Below are positions 25,901 to 34,700 of a DNA stretch of 64,000 bases, in pieces (the first letter of the stretch is position 1; each line of letters starts with the position of its first letter). This stretch comes from Haplodiscus bocki. Its lineage: Eukaryota. The DNA lies in the NCBI GenBank assembly GCA_965655095.1, contig OZ296650.1, positions 3,162,001-3,226,000 of the forward strand. The letters run 5' to 3'. The notes beneath the pieces are model-generated. The model was not told where the DNA came from. It did no database searches and saw only the letters and a program-made list of their open reading frames with translations. A program made the translations under genes and the position numbers.

Positions 25901-28004
25901 AAACAGCCTTTATTTCGCTGCTGCGCTACCGCCTGTGCTGGACAGAAGTGTCATTGAAGAATACGAAGAATCACTAGCAGTGCAAATCAGTATGGAAAAA
26001 TGCAAAATGGTAGCTTTTCTTCACACTTGTCAGAAACAATTACCTACTGAGCAGGCGATGCTAGATGCAACCATCACCGTCCCTTTACCTTGGAAACCAG
26101 TCATTCAGAAAAGCCCGGATCAATGTCGAAACTCTTATACGGAACAGAAGAGTGTATTAAACAAACTGTTGAGTTCCTTCGACATTTATAAAGAAGGACT
26201 TTGCAGTTTCATCAGGCATCAAATTGTCTTTGGACCTCCAGGAAGTGGGAAAACTTTCGTTGTGCTAAAATCGCTTGCATATGCTTTATGCCAAGGTCTC
26301 AACTGTGTAGTGACATCTTTGGCTGCTGAAAGATCTGCCGCTTTGGCTGGAAAACATCTGAATGCCCTCATCCCATTTCCAGTGGAAAAACACGCTTCTG
26401 CAGAATCGCTCTCGAGAACAGCCCTGTCCAACCTACAACGATCTCCTATTAAGAGCCGCTTTCTGCAAAATCTACACGTTCTTTTCGTGGAGGAATTGTC
26501 AATGATTTCTAGCGAACTTTGGGCTGCCACGGATTATGTGCTTCAGGTTATCACAGCAAATTATGTTCCATTCTGTGGGAAACTTGTTATTGCAACCGGA
26601 GATTTCTTCCAACTTCCTCCACCATCAGGATCTTGTTTGATGAGTTCTTCTTTTCCTCTCACAACGTTCACTTTTCTCAAACTGGAAAATTTCGTTCGCA
26701 TGCAAAACAAAAATGGCCAAGAACTGTTGTCTTTGTTGTCAGCGACTCCAAAAACTGACGGCAATGCGAGGCGTATCTGGGAAATTATCGATAAAGGTTG
26801 CAATTTTGTCCATTCATGGAAAGACGTGCCGAATGATAGAATTCGAATTTTTGCCACTCGACAAGCAGAACGTAAAGCAACTGAAGACAAAATAATCGAT
26901 GTTAAAAACAGCGGTACCCAATTTTATGAAAATGCGGCAATTGATGAAATGTGCGTTTCAAGCACTGACAACTGGACCGAGGCGTCGCCAAGTACATCAA
27001 AATTTCTCAACAAAAAGTGTCTTGAACCCCAGTCGTTGTTTCTGTACCCCGGAGCCATTTTACGACTAACAGTGAACATGCCATCTATATCCGCGTATCA
27101 GGGTCAACTCTGTGTTCTGCTTTCTTTGGATACAATTGAGAATGGCTCTGTGACAATTGCTCTAGCACCAGCTGGTTGCCGAAGTATTCCACCGCTTGTT
27201 GTGATCAAAAACAAATGGCGCTGTGTTGTTATCGGCAAAGAAACTGGTGTTACCTACCGATTAAACCACAAAACGGTTTGCAGACGAATCCAGTTTCCAC
27301 TAAAATTATTTGTTGCGTCAACCATTCATAAGACAATGGGTGAAACGCTTCCGATGGTCGCAACCCAAATAGTTGGATCGAAAGACTTCGCTTTGTGGCT
27401 TCCCGAACAACTCTATGTTGTAATGAGTCGAGTAAGAAGTCTGAATCAGGTGACTTTTGTTGGATCGAAGGAATCTAACAAACGAGCAGTCTTGGATTTA
27501 GTCTGCAAAAATTCGCAATGGGCTGAACTCACGAATGAAATTTTGACTAAAAGTTCCGCTGGTGACCCTACAATTGATCATGCAAGAGCATCTCCTTTTC
27601 CCCCTTCAATGAGAGAACTACCCGTTCAAAATGTGGGCTTCTGTTACTTGTTCCAAAGTGAACCACAGCAGCACCTTCTGTACATTGGCTCCACTATGTC
27701 GTTAGTGCGTCGTTTGCGAGAGCACAATGCAGGACTGGGTTCCTCCTTCACCAAGGTACAAAATCGTTTGCCCTGGATGGTTTGTGCTTATGTTACTGGT
27801 TTCAATTCGATTAATGCTTCAGAGAGAATCCGAGCATTCGAGAAGGAGTGGCTGAATGCGGCAACACACTACGTCAACGCAAAAAAGAAAAATGTATCAC
27901 TTCCCACAGCTATCAATTTGGGGGAAATTGTCGCAAAAAATTGGCTATACAAAGAAGATGATTTGAAACTAGTAGTGTGCTGCAGGTCATCAACTGTGTC
28001 TTGA
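19947..28004 (+). CDS. Intact ~2,685-aa rolling-circle transposase polyprotein: Zn knuckle, OTU cysteine protease, Cys-rich region, HUH Rep, Pif1-like helicase, GIY-YIG endonuclease
   Basis: First ATG at 19947. CTSCGQFVGEHHVC; GDGNCLF (~20250) and HF (~20634); PTHFVTYTC (~24021), RYEWQEETAGFPHLH (~24261), YVAKY (~24804); GPPGSGKT (~26232), VEELSM, GDFFQLPP, QFPLK..STIHKTMG, QLYVVMSRV (~27410); GFCY..LYIGST..RRLREHN..FT..LPW (~27636 onward). Confidence 0.95.
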   Translation: MSKQNNKGNLKRRRCTSCGQFVGEHHVCAKSIELELQVNEPLGILYKIPDASVAVSPTARTEIHSSLNTLGLMDFLKPTKTAIGNDRVICSMQPVRVTAVLGDGNCLFSSLAVALGLSHECGPIIRNIIVSHMNLISFPPNSLQTSVYSDDFPNQHRVLSCTSVDEYLRESRMAENGVFGSCVEIYSFCQIFKVDVFLYHVPFKSWMIYECSSNVNRKGIFIQQNRNANHFEVITELVSIGPESSSLSQVASINRPPSQSSETNHWSQALQNCEGTETEPASKKSKVNSDYTWEEHPDPLALSLFANSVSTKMKKLSALETLSTNSTNLPKNDCSQMLEPPCFDFSPTDSVSGNMHTNGECPNLGGCDCCAKCMRQSTVLYPLKLKRKNKFDLKNRVFGNKLTEPIVVLCKLCLLYCTTESYDWYNAWPSVFFSLLSDQDMPVRTQMDILSLLPWELRQQWMTSMHYFPLCVQRCLSRKRIAGKCSVEGTLRLRRFHELMKTLKQTNIALALDNEPYPNVRCPYGCWCFIEESGWIPANHFINLFERNFTSFQSSSFLHLRGIRSDFLTPFVSLRQFLVATTVRVDEKAGLVVQACSRHSRGSSVQYFHPPSHTSLVRTTVNYEERLSAIAPTLSFISSIKANFASHTYQLLRSVGSYSGLSTVRLKRKTRWDFTSDILYHAEGVACHFREDIKTMIREWVRQGKILDDVASGMLDYVPDKKKVNSCLSQATSIDLQTCLDLTKIVEMNEKEYLNNVESLSCYTLVHGNDDYGCSPPPLENRVSTVSWIVQAAVCVSPILCRSLVNSSKYSVTLRPLFTLLRKVLLGTARMNTAKVLWLVRKSEQAVSAVIEQTNTDDKTEGTTDCCCFVGARFLSEICDTIQHVPLNKRKNIGSATTEQVSYNMTHAIFTTGSPKNLRNKVKPPLTLIISDNEFELIAVGTKDGSSKGEPRWLVRHGGRFQGFWLIEKSKKFATKTEGSPTDALETFIRGYWTISIYQRSRNVELIDLKWKFLSTLTGQDIFICAHHTIPLTRDFRNSGFQCRCNRASFLRCPHLQCYSCVCKRHFNEGLQQQHRRILIDSVPLEKLNKTNSPSLVSESSSSRDFIEPNSMPANEPIQPDAAAETLDIASSNSSSVSYIVHPETNDEEFEDDNLRIMATLKTNSDEKLISVDLERKEDAFKLPLHILLNSQCNLLYRRNGNPISLSLKEKRFLENISAVSTSALPLIQPEALLFPSIFWCQASSGSFPGAIPTALYNSSKYNKQLGFAGLDDMLRTRIKDGSLLTSCNPTYLQYVFDCLLNMQLHKSDIRIILNRGWQEVNSVPHNCSFLSTQTFKFDCAESRKNVCELAALIRDKNPTHFVTYTCSQSTHPGIRKIFEALLEMYPAETTPKEVLAAAIQAELMPMLRSWYRASQYVMEWVKNSPEEPLGPVSHIWMRYEWQEETAGFPHLHAILCTPEDKFSDDVRSRVCCSKQTFLGGLEVSCPELNAVERFQLGELYQKYQTHNCSKGRKRCHKKTDRLDKPICRVPKYPPSNCFSFKEIPVNFSCETMGLLREMELADIDENSLFPKVKDPLTAGKHHYPTVSNEHYSPTNAALFALTQSSTNVQICDDYMAPRYVAKYAAGIESRAVAKIVAGETENSVKVLTEPIAHEKIAGVQASQKKMRGDEKQKSVTGRVVSITECLWWSLQLPYVCTNVDFVHVPTVPKENRSGIITEKRFSNKIKLGATFMEGIRVRKHVLQLPKHRQFTRTQSFLLADVENSSISPDKVTVFGLRLPELLFVSKLKNYYSWFVRCKPQTKKSISNHEVFLKRSFRRSCWVDALGYLVKLRPCSVDAFVNFCRANGTDGRDGILKREMRIHIVPLLVTKKASQFVAHWKQLSEEDAVVVFSNVLPNNPTKFLLHVLLTNGEFDTEMDILNVQSFKEAFTTAKIIPSCNINAKTVQNLTRNYLLKQLRFVPGSSKLIDKYLLMAHSVLSEALLVNSLYFAAALPPVLDRSVIEEYEESLAVQISMEKCKMVAFLHTCQKQLPTEQAMLDATITVPLPWKPVIQKSPDQCRNSYTEQKSVLNKLLSSFDIYKEGLCSFIRHQIVFGPPGSGKTFVVLKSLAYALCQGLNCVVTSLAAERSAALAGKHLNALIPFPVEKHASAESLSRTALSNLQRSPIKSRFLQNLHVLFVEELSMISSELWAATDYVLQVITANYVPFCGKLVIATGDFFQLPPPSGSCLMSSSFPLTTFTFLKLENFVRMQNKNGQELLSLLSATPKTDGNARRIWEIIDKGCNFVHSWKDVPNDRIRIFATRQAERKATEDKIIDVKNSGTQFYENAAIDEMCVSSTDNWTEASPSTSKFLNKKCLEPQSLFLYPGAILRLTVNMPSISAYQGQLCVLLSLDTIENGSVTIALAPAGCRSIPPLVVIKNKWRCVVIGKETGVTYRLNHKTVCRRIQFPLKLFVASTIHKTMGETLPMVATQIVGSKDFALWLPEQLYVVMSRVRSLNQVTFVGSKESNKRAVLDLVCKNSQWAELTNEILTKSSAGDPTIDHARASPFPPSMRELPVQNVGFCYLFQSEPQQHLLYIGSTMSLVRRLREHNAGLGSSFTKVQNRLPWMVCAYVTGFNSINASERIRAFEKEWLNAATHYVNAKKKNVSLPTAINLGEIVAKNWLYKEDDLKLVVCCRSSTVS

Positions 28005-28102
28005 AAAGTCGTACTTTAGGAGAAAGCTGCCCAAAAACTTATGGATTAGTTTGAGATAATTGTTTTACTTGCACACAAACTTCCTTGCCTTGACAGCCAT
28101 AC

Positions 28103-28249
28103 GCATCGACTGCATAGTGATGCAATGGTGAATTTCTCTTTATGTTATGCTGCAACCGCATCGGCTGCAGAGTGATGTACCAAGTAGCACGTGCAGCAAC
28201 ATCAACCTTTTTGCTGGAAAATATAATGCCTCGACTGCATAGTGTTGCA
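28103..28249 (+). repeat. Three imperfect 22-bp direct repeats GCATCGACTGCATAGTGATGCA downstream of the polyprotein stop
   Basis: Copies at 28103, 28158 and 28228; also retained in B2 (~62878, ~62932, ~63003). Confidence 0.75.
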
Positions 28250-28581
28250 TTATCTATTTTGCAGTTGAGATGATTTGTTGCTAATCACTTGTCTGTGTCT
28301 GTTTAATTCATTAGTTTGATGGGATTGACTTTCACTGAACCTGATTTGATGGACTTTGATTTTGGAAGCACTAGAAAGAGTCCATTTAAAAAAGCGCCGT
28401 TAATTTTGGACAATAGAAATCAGCTAACTTTCAAGTTTTTTCGGGAAAAAAATATAATCATACGTTAAATGACGAATTTTGACATTGTTGATTGAAGCAC
28501 TCTTGTTACTGTATCCCCGTATTCGGGGATGATACCTGAAGCTGCAGAAACCAACGTTTTTCACAGTGCTTCCACATCATT

Positions 28582-29334
28582 ATGGCTCATTTGATCATAA
28601 CCGACTCTCTGGGCGTACAACTGGAAGGTGTGCTTGAAAATTTGGCAGTTAAAAGTTTTCCTGGCGCCAGAGCGGCGGACCGACGTGTAACGAGTTTCCT
28701 GGAAAATTTGCGGCGCCGCTTCCAATCCATTACAATTTTCATTGGAGGGAATGGCCTTTCCAATTGGGGCCGGCGTCCAGCTGAAAGTCCAGAACAGGTA
28801 AAGCTTAAGTGATGGTTCATGGGGTTACTGTTTGCAAAATCAAATTAGACGCTAGTAAAATTTGGAACGTTTTTGTGTATTGTTAAACCCTTTATTGAAG
28901 TACGTTTAGTAAAAATCTAGGAAAACGTTGTTTTCAATAGTAAGTCTTTCTACTGGTACTTTAACTGGTGCTACTTGCAAACTATAATTGAACCGTAACT
29001 TTGTGTTTTTAATATCTCAACAGTACTTCATTTGCTTTTGTTGTTTTATTGTTAGGTGTTCCTTGATATCTTGAACCTTGTGAGAATTGCCGAGAGAAAA
29101 TGCGACAAAGTATACTGCCTGGGCTTAGTAATGCGAAGCCGACCGTACTTCCTTGCAGTGAAAGAAATAAACCGAATGCTGCGAACATCCATTGGACACT
29201 ACACTTACGTTTCCGTGTCATCTAAGATGTCATCTGAAAGAAATCTTAAAGACGGAGTGCATCTGTCTCAGCACGGCGTGACGAACATCCTGTGGATTAT
29301 AAAAAGACGGATTTTAGGTAACAAATGTGTCTAG
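28582..29334 (+). CDS. Two-exon SGNH/GDSL-like hydrolase, 164 aa (exons 28582-28797, 29056-29334)
   Basis: IITDSLG, FPGA, IGGNG and DGVHLS. Intron GTAAAG...TTGTTAG at the same codon (SPEQ|V) as in family A. Confidence 0.85.
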
Positions 29335-30779
29335 CAGTACATTAAGATGTTGAAAAACAGTATTGATTCCAGTAATTTGCGGTTGATATCAACTTTCCAG
29401 CAATTGAATGTTTCTAGCTTTAAACTCTTTGGAATTTACCTATAGAAGGTTTACGTTTTTTCCATAAACTTCCATTCTAACACCAATGTCGTTTAGGATA
29501 CTCAATCAGGAGACTCTCCCATCGCAAAAACCGCTACGTCCACTGGAAGTGGTGAAGATCCGGCCCTGTGTTGTTGTAGGCTTCATTTGGACATTTCTGG
29601 AAAATGGAATTACAATCTTGGTCGTTGCACCTATGTTTCGAATACTCTTGGTAGTTTTTTCATGATGACACAATTTTGAAACTTTTTTTGGTGGTACCAT
29701 TAAAAACAAACAAAGGTGCTTTTTTGGTTTCCAATAATCTTGGCCAATTGACGCCGCTAGGACAGTGTTTTAATTTTGTTTTCGTGTCCTCTTCGATTTG
29801 TAATTTGTCAGTGATAAAATTGTAAAAAAGCTCGACCGCATGGTGGCCTCTACTTCTTTGAAGTTTTGAATTTTTTTTGTTCCACACACCTTGCATTTTG
29901 GCGTACATTACAACATATTTATTATTTTAAACTTTGTCTTCATGCCTCATTCAATTTAAAGTTGGTTTGTGATGACGTTGTAAGGAGTTCAACCGCATGG
30001 TGATCTGTACCTCTTTGAATTTTTGATGCTTCGTTGTCATTGGAACATTTTTTTAATGGTCGCCGTCCGCTATGAGTCGTCACAATTCCTTCATGTTTTC
30101 GCTGAAATAGTGTACTCCATAGTTACATTGTTTGTTAAAAACTTTTGGTAGTTTAAAATTTCGAAAGTGATCAACTAACCTCGGCCATGCTGTTACAAGG
30201 ATTGTTCATATTATTTTGAATAAAGTTTTCTTTTGAAATGTTTGTTCTTATATTCGCAAAAAAACGTTATAGCAAACATTGTGCAGCTTTGAGCTCGTAT
30301 TAAACTTCAGTTGTCGAACATCTGCAATGAAGATATAATTTATAATCCTTAACTTTCTACAAGTTTTGTAGACAGGAAAAAAACCGATGTAATAACGATG
30401 TATTTGAATGCATTGCTCACCATTTTTTTTCTTTTGCCTTGAGTGTTACTGATCGATAAAGCGTGATGCGTTGAACAGTAAGATAACTGTAAATGTAACA
30501 TAACATTTCGATGAAATAAACTTAATGATAAAGAAGATTTGAGAAATGTGAATAATTGAGAAACTTGTCATGCTTTTTTGAAAAACAGGTTGCTTTACTT
30601 GAAGCAATAGCGCTAATTCACTGGATTAAATGCTTGAAACCAAAATTACTTGCCTGTTGACTTCATTGAACCTTATAGGAAAATGCGTTCACAGAATCTT
30701 TAAAAAAGGAAAAAGCATGGTTTTGAATGTTCCAATTGTTCAATTCTCAGGCAGCTTCAACCACTTTTGATTTCAGACT

Positions 30780-31787
30780 ATGACAACTCAAGTGAACACC
30801 TCCCAAGTAACAGCACCAAATTTTTTGCGTCGAAGCGAAAATACATTCGTCAGAGGTATCGTTCTAGTAATTAAGAAATACGACAAACCTTTGCAGTTGT
30901 TTAGACCGCAAAATATCAAAAACAAGAGAGGTGCCCTCGATACCAGCTATGATCGATTAGTCATACTAGGCGAGATCAATTCAAAAGAATGCTTTGCTGT
31001 GATTGCGGAGTCTGCACAGAAAAGCTATTTTTTGTTCGGGGACACTCTGTTAACAGTAGGGTCAATTGTGGACGTAAAAGAACCTGTGTTCTCGAACTCT
31101 TGTCTCGGCAATGACCGCAGTAATCCAATTTTTCATGTCTTTCTTCCTTTGGAAGTCGTGGTTAACAATATTCCATTGTTGCCAATTCCCATATATCTCC
31201 ACCCATCAACGACAGCAATGTTTCACTTTTGCTTGCCAAACGGACCCCTCACCTTCTTACAAGCAGGTGCTGTAGCTCCAACTTGCTCAGGCTTCATGTG
31301 TGACAGACGAGAAAAACGAATTGACTCTGTATGCCCCTGTATACAGAAATCTCCTGTTTCAGCTTGGGTAATGTGCGCCCGAATTGTCAGTCGTGACATC
31401 GAAAATGAAGACGAAGATTCCCTCACGGGAGAAATGATACAAAGTCTTAACCTGACAAAACTGTTTTGCAGCGAAGCAATTATTAGAAGTTCATATGCAT
31501 CAATCGATTCGCAACAACTGCGGATTGCTGTTAACCAGGTGTCCCAATTTGTAAATGAGAATGGTGGTTGGCAGGTATGTGGATTTTACAAAAGTGGATC
31601 CACAGACGAAAATCTTGCACAAAACGTACAACGTGTCCGCATTTGCAAAATTACGCCTGCCGTTGAAGTGCCTTTTAACTTGAAATACAACATTGTGCCA
31701 TGCAACGCCAATATTGGCAATGAGCCCCCAGCTTTGCAACATGCGAATACTAACGTCGGTGCTCCTAACAATCCGAACAACGTATGA
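30780..31787 (+). CDS. ORF3, 335-aa putative OB-fold/Zn ssDNA-binding protein
   Basis: Homologous to A1 ORF3 over its whole length (TAPNFLR.SENT, CLGNDR.NPIF, CSGF.CDRR..C.C, NGGW.V.GFYK). Confidence 0.78.
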   Translation: MTTQVNTSQVTAPNFLRRSENTFVRGIVLVIKKYDKPLQLFRPQNIKNKRGALDTSYDRLVILGEINSKECFAVIAESAQKSYFLFGDTLLTVGSIVDVKEPVFSNSCLGNDRSNPIFHVFLPLEVVVNNIPLLPIPIYLHPSTTAMFHFCLPNGPLTFLQAGAVAPTCSGFMCDRREKRIDSVCPCIQKSPVSAWVMCARIVSRDIENEDEDSLTGEMIQSLNLTKLFCSEAIIRSSYASIDSQQLRIAVNQVSQFVNENGGWQVCGFYKSGSTDENLAQNVQRVRICKITPAVEVPFNLKYNIVPCNANIGNEPPALQHANTNVGAPNNPNNV

Positions 31788-34700
31788 TAGCTGATCTAGA
31801 CTTACTCCTCAGATGACCGTTCTTTCTCCACCGCATGAACTGCTTGCTGGTTTTCAAAACCAATCTCTCCTTTCGCAATCGACCGCAAGGTGGTTGCTGA
31901 AAAAAACATGCACAAATTAACAAGTTTCGGAAAAAAAGTCAACTGATAAAGTTGTCCTCGTTCTTTCATACCACAATTTGTTCTCCTCCTTTTCAATCTT
32001 GAAACCTATGCTTCAATTTTCTTGTTAATGATAAAGTTTAACTTTCCAGTACTTATCAGTACCCAAAGGTTAATTGTTGGTTTTTGTGGAACTGTAAACA
32101 CTAATGTCAAATTACAAATTAGTTGTTGTTGAACAATGGAAATTAGTTTGCAACTGCCGACGACTTGTCTCTGTAAACCTACGTTTTTCAGTAGCTTAGA
32201 ACATTGTGCTAATTCGTGTGGCTTTTGAGTGTGGTTTATTGGTTCGTGTAGAAGTTGTGAACTTTTTATGTTATGCAATTAACTTCTTTCTTGTTATGTT
32301 AAACATTACTATCCGTTCATGACCGAACGTTTTGAACTTTGAAACGCTGGCTTGCTCTTCTATCGGTCGAAGTGCACGCTCTCAGTTCGTTGCTTGACGT
32401 TTGATACAGTGTTGTAATTTTCGCTAACAGAAGAATGGGATCAAACTTTCATACGAAATTTTAGGGAAATTTTTTTCTGAAGTCTATACAGGTTCATTTG
32501 GTTCATTCGGGTTGTTTTCACAAAGTAACAGCTGGGAACCTACTGCCTACAAATTGACAACATTGATGCGAAACTTTTTGAGAAAGTTAAAACACTTTCG
32601 CTGGTCAAATTTTGAAAGTATTCGTTCGGACAAAAATTTTAGTTTTCCTTCCCAGAAACTCATCAAACTTGAAGTTGTTTGTTAAAGGAACAGTTGCTCT
32701 CCGAGAATTGCGGGCAAAAATTCCTGCCGACGTTTCACCATACGCCTGTTTAAGTGTTATATTCAAATTCTACAGCAAAAATTGATTTTTTTCTGATTTT
32801 TGTTTTTTTTCCAAAAAATTCGTCATAACCGTCATTTTTTTCGGCAAAGTGGCCGAAACTTTTTCATCTTCGGAAAATTGCCTTTGAAGTTATGGAGTCG
32901 ATTTCATACTGGAGCCACTCCAGAGGGCAAACTATGCACTTCAATGTGGGACCTATGACGAAATGGTCGATTTTCGGCATTTTTTTCCAACTTTGATCCG
33001 TCATATCTCAACACCTATGACGAGTTGGTAGAAAATTTTTTGCATGTGTGTAGCCCTTAGTTATTCTGCTTCACACGAAAAGTTTCGGCCAAATGCATGT
33101 GGTTCCTTGCAGGGCTGTCGGTAAAAAACTGCAAAATGAGGCCAAAAAACAGAATCATCCCGTCATAATTCCCCAACCATTTTTGCTAGAATGATCTAAC
33201 TTGCACCATTGTTCTTAGAATTGAAAGTTATGCCCGCATGCAAAGTTTGATCAAAATCGTATGGGTGGGAGCTGAGATCGTTATTTTCCTATACCGTATT
33301 TGCATAGAGTTATTTCTTATATTTTAACGCGAGGCAAAGGGGCCCCTCCCCCGCCTCGCCAGGACCTATGAGGGGCGTAATCCCGTGACCACCCAGTGGA
33401 GGCAACGGTGCAATTTACTAGAGGGCGGGTTTTTTTTGCATTCAATTTTTTTCCGGTATCAATTCTGGTGATTGGTTCGGAATCTAATTTTTTGTTTATA
33501 TAATTGGAAACTGTTGTTTGTTCTTTTTTTACGATACTTTTCTCCAGACTGAAGAATAACTCGCACAATGCGGATGCAACTGATACGTACAGAGGTCGTC
33601 TCTCACCGTAAATGTGAGGATGTTCCTCAAAACCTATAGTAATCTTCCTGGTTTTTTTTTAAGTTCATACAGCAGCAATGAAGTATGGCAAACGTACTTT
33701 CCGGTCGATTTTTTCCGGAAGTCAGCTCAGAACTGTAAAAGAACAAATTTTCCACTTTATCAGCTGCTGAATTGAAATATATCTCCGGAGACCTACCCGT
33801 TACCGGCTTCCATAACAATGGACGTTTTCAGGACAGTTCCGTTCCATTTAGTTAATCCAATTTTTTTAAAAAAATCTATTGGTTGCGCAATGAGTCATGT
33901 ACTTGAAGCAATTCTTCGTGGTTCTCGTTGCCTTCCTTTGTGCTTCAGAGGAACAATATAAGTGTTGTGTGCTATTTCACATCAGTTGATTTTTTCAAAA
34001 CATGAAAATGTACAGTTAGGTGTTCTGTACTAGAAAATTTATGAATAGGAAGTTCTGCGCCATGACATTTCATCCACTATGTAACAATATTATTCATGCG
34101 TCGTCCAAATACATATATAGAACGTTGGATGCTTTTGGAAAACAAAAAGATGAGAAAAGTTACTAGTCATAATCATCATTGAGTTGAGACAGTTGGCTTC
34201 ATCAAATAATCTTCAACCATAAATTATGACAAGATAAAGGCCAACTTCATGGCGGATCAGTACTGATAGTCGATTAAATATGTGCCTTTCATTTATGAAC
34301 TCTTGAAAGCAGTACTTCGATTATCTACTTTTTGAGCTTTTGCCAACATGAAATGTGGTTAGTGTAAGCAACTTCAACAATATGTGGAGGTAATGTGTAC
34401 AGTTGAAACGATGCTTATTTACTCTTGATGTCGTTTTTGGGTGTTTCCGATTTTGAAGATTTTATTGTTCTACAGACCGTTCAAAAATTGTCGCGTTTCA
34501 CGAATTCTTTTACCTGAGTTTTTCGCAAGAATATATTTGGTTGGTTCTGAAGCCTACATATGGGAGTTTCGAACTTTTTTCAAAGTAAGTTTTGATTTTT
34601 CTGTGAAATAATGCTTCTCGTTGTCAAAAAAATTATCCGCGGACGTGCGAAATATAGCAAAGTGTTATTCCTCTCAACTATTGCCGAAGTTAGTTTTTGT

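Larger units (their letters stand above)
16385..33421 (+). mobile_element. Helitron-like element, family B copy 1, full length (17,037 bp), coding-intact
   Basis: Starts AAGGCGTGAGG (as does B2 at 51171) and ends ...CAATTTACTAG, a CTRR-type Helitron 3' end. All three genes are uninterrupted. Confidence 0.92.

Noticed and set aside
27620-28004. Penelope-like retroelement or host SLX1 gene as the source of the GIY-YIG domain
   Set aside because: No reverse transcriptase is present; the domain is fused in frame to the helicase in all four copies and lacks the SLX1 C-terminal RING.
28103-28249. CRISPR-like array
   Set aside because: Only three degenerate units with unequal spacers, a eukaryotic context and no cas genes.
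29780-30030. Degenerate ~157-bp-period duplication and neighbouring minus-strand ORFs (29506-29908)
   Set aside because: Only one copy is available, there is no counterpart in family A and no recognisable protein motif.
16385-33421. Polinton/Maverick or endogenous virus (17 kb, protease, helicase)
   Set aside because: No pPolB, integrase, capsid, packaging ATPase, long terminal inverted repeats or 6-bp target duplication is recognisable; HUH plus Pif1 indicates the Helitron superfamily.
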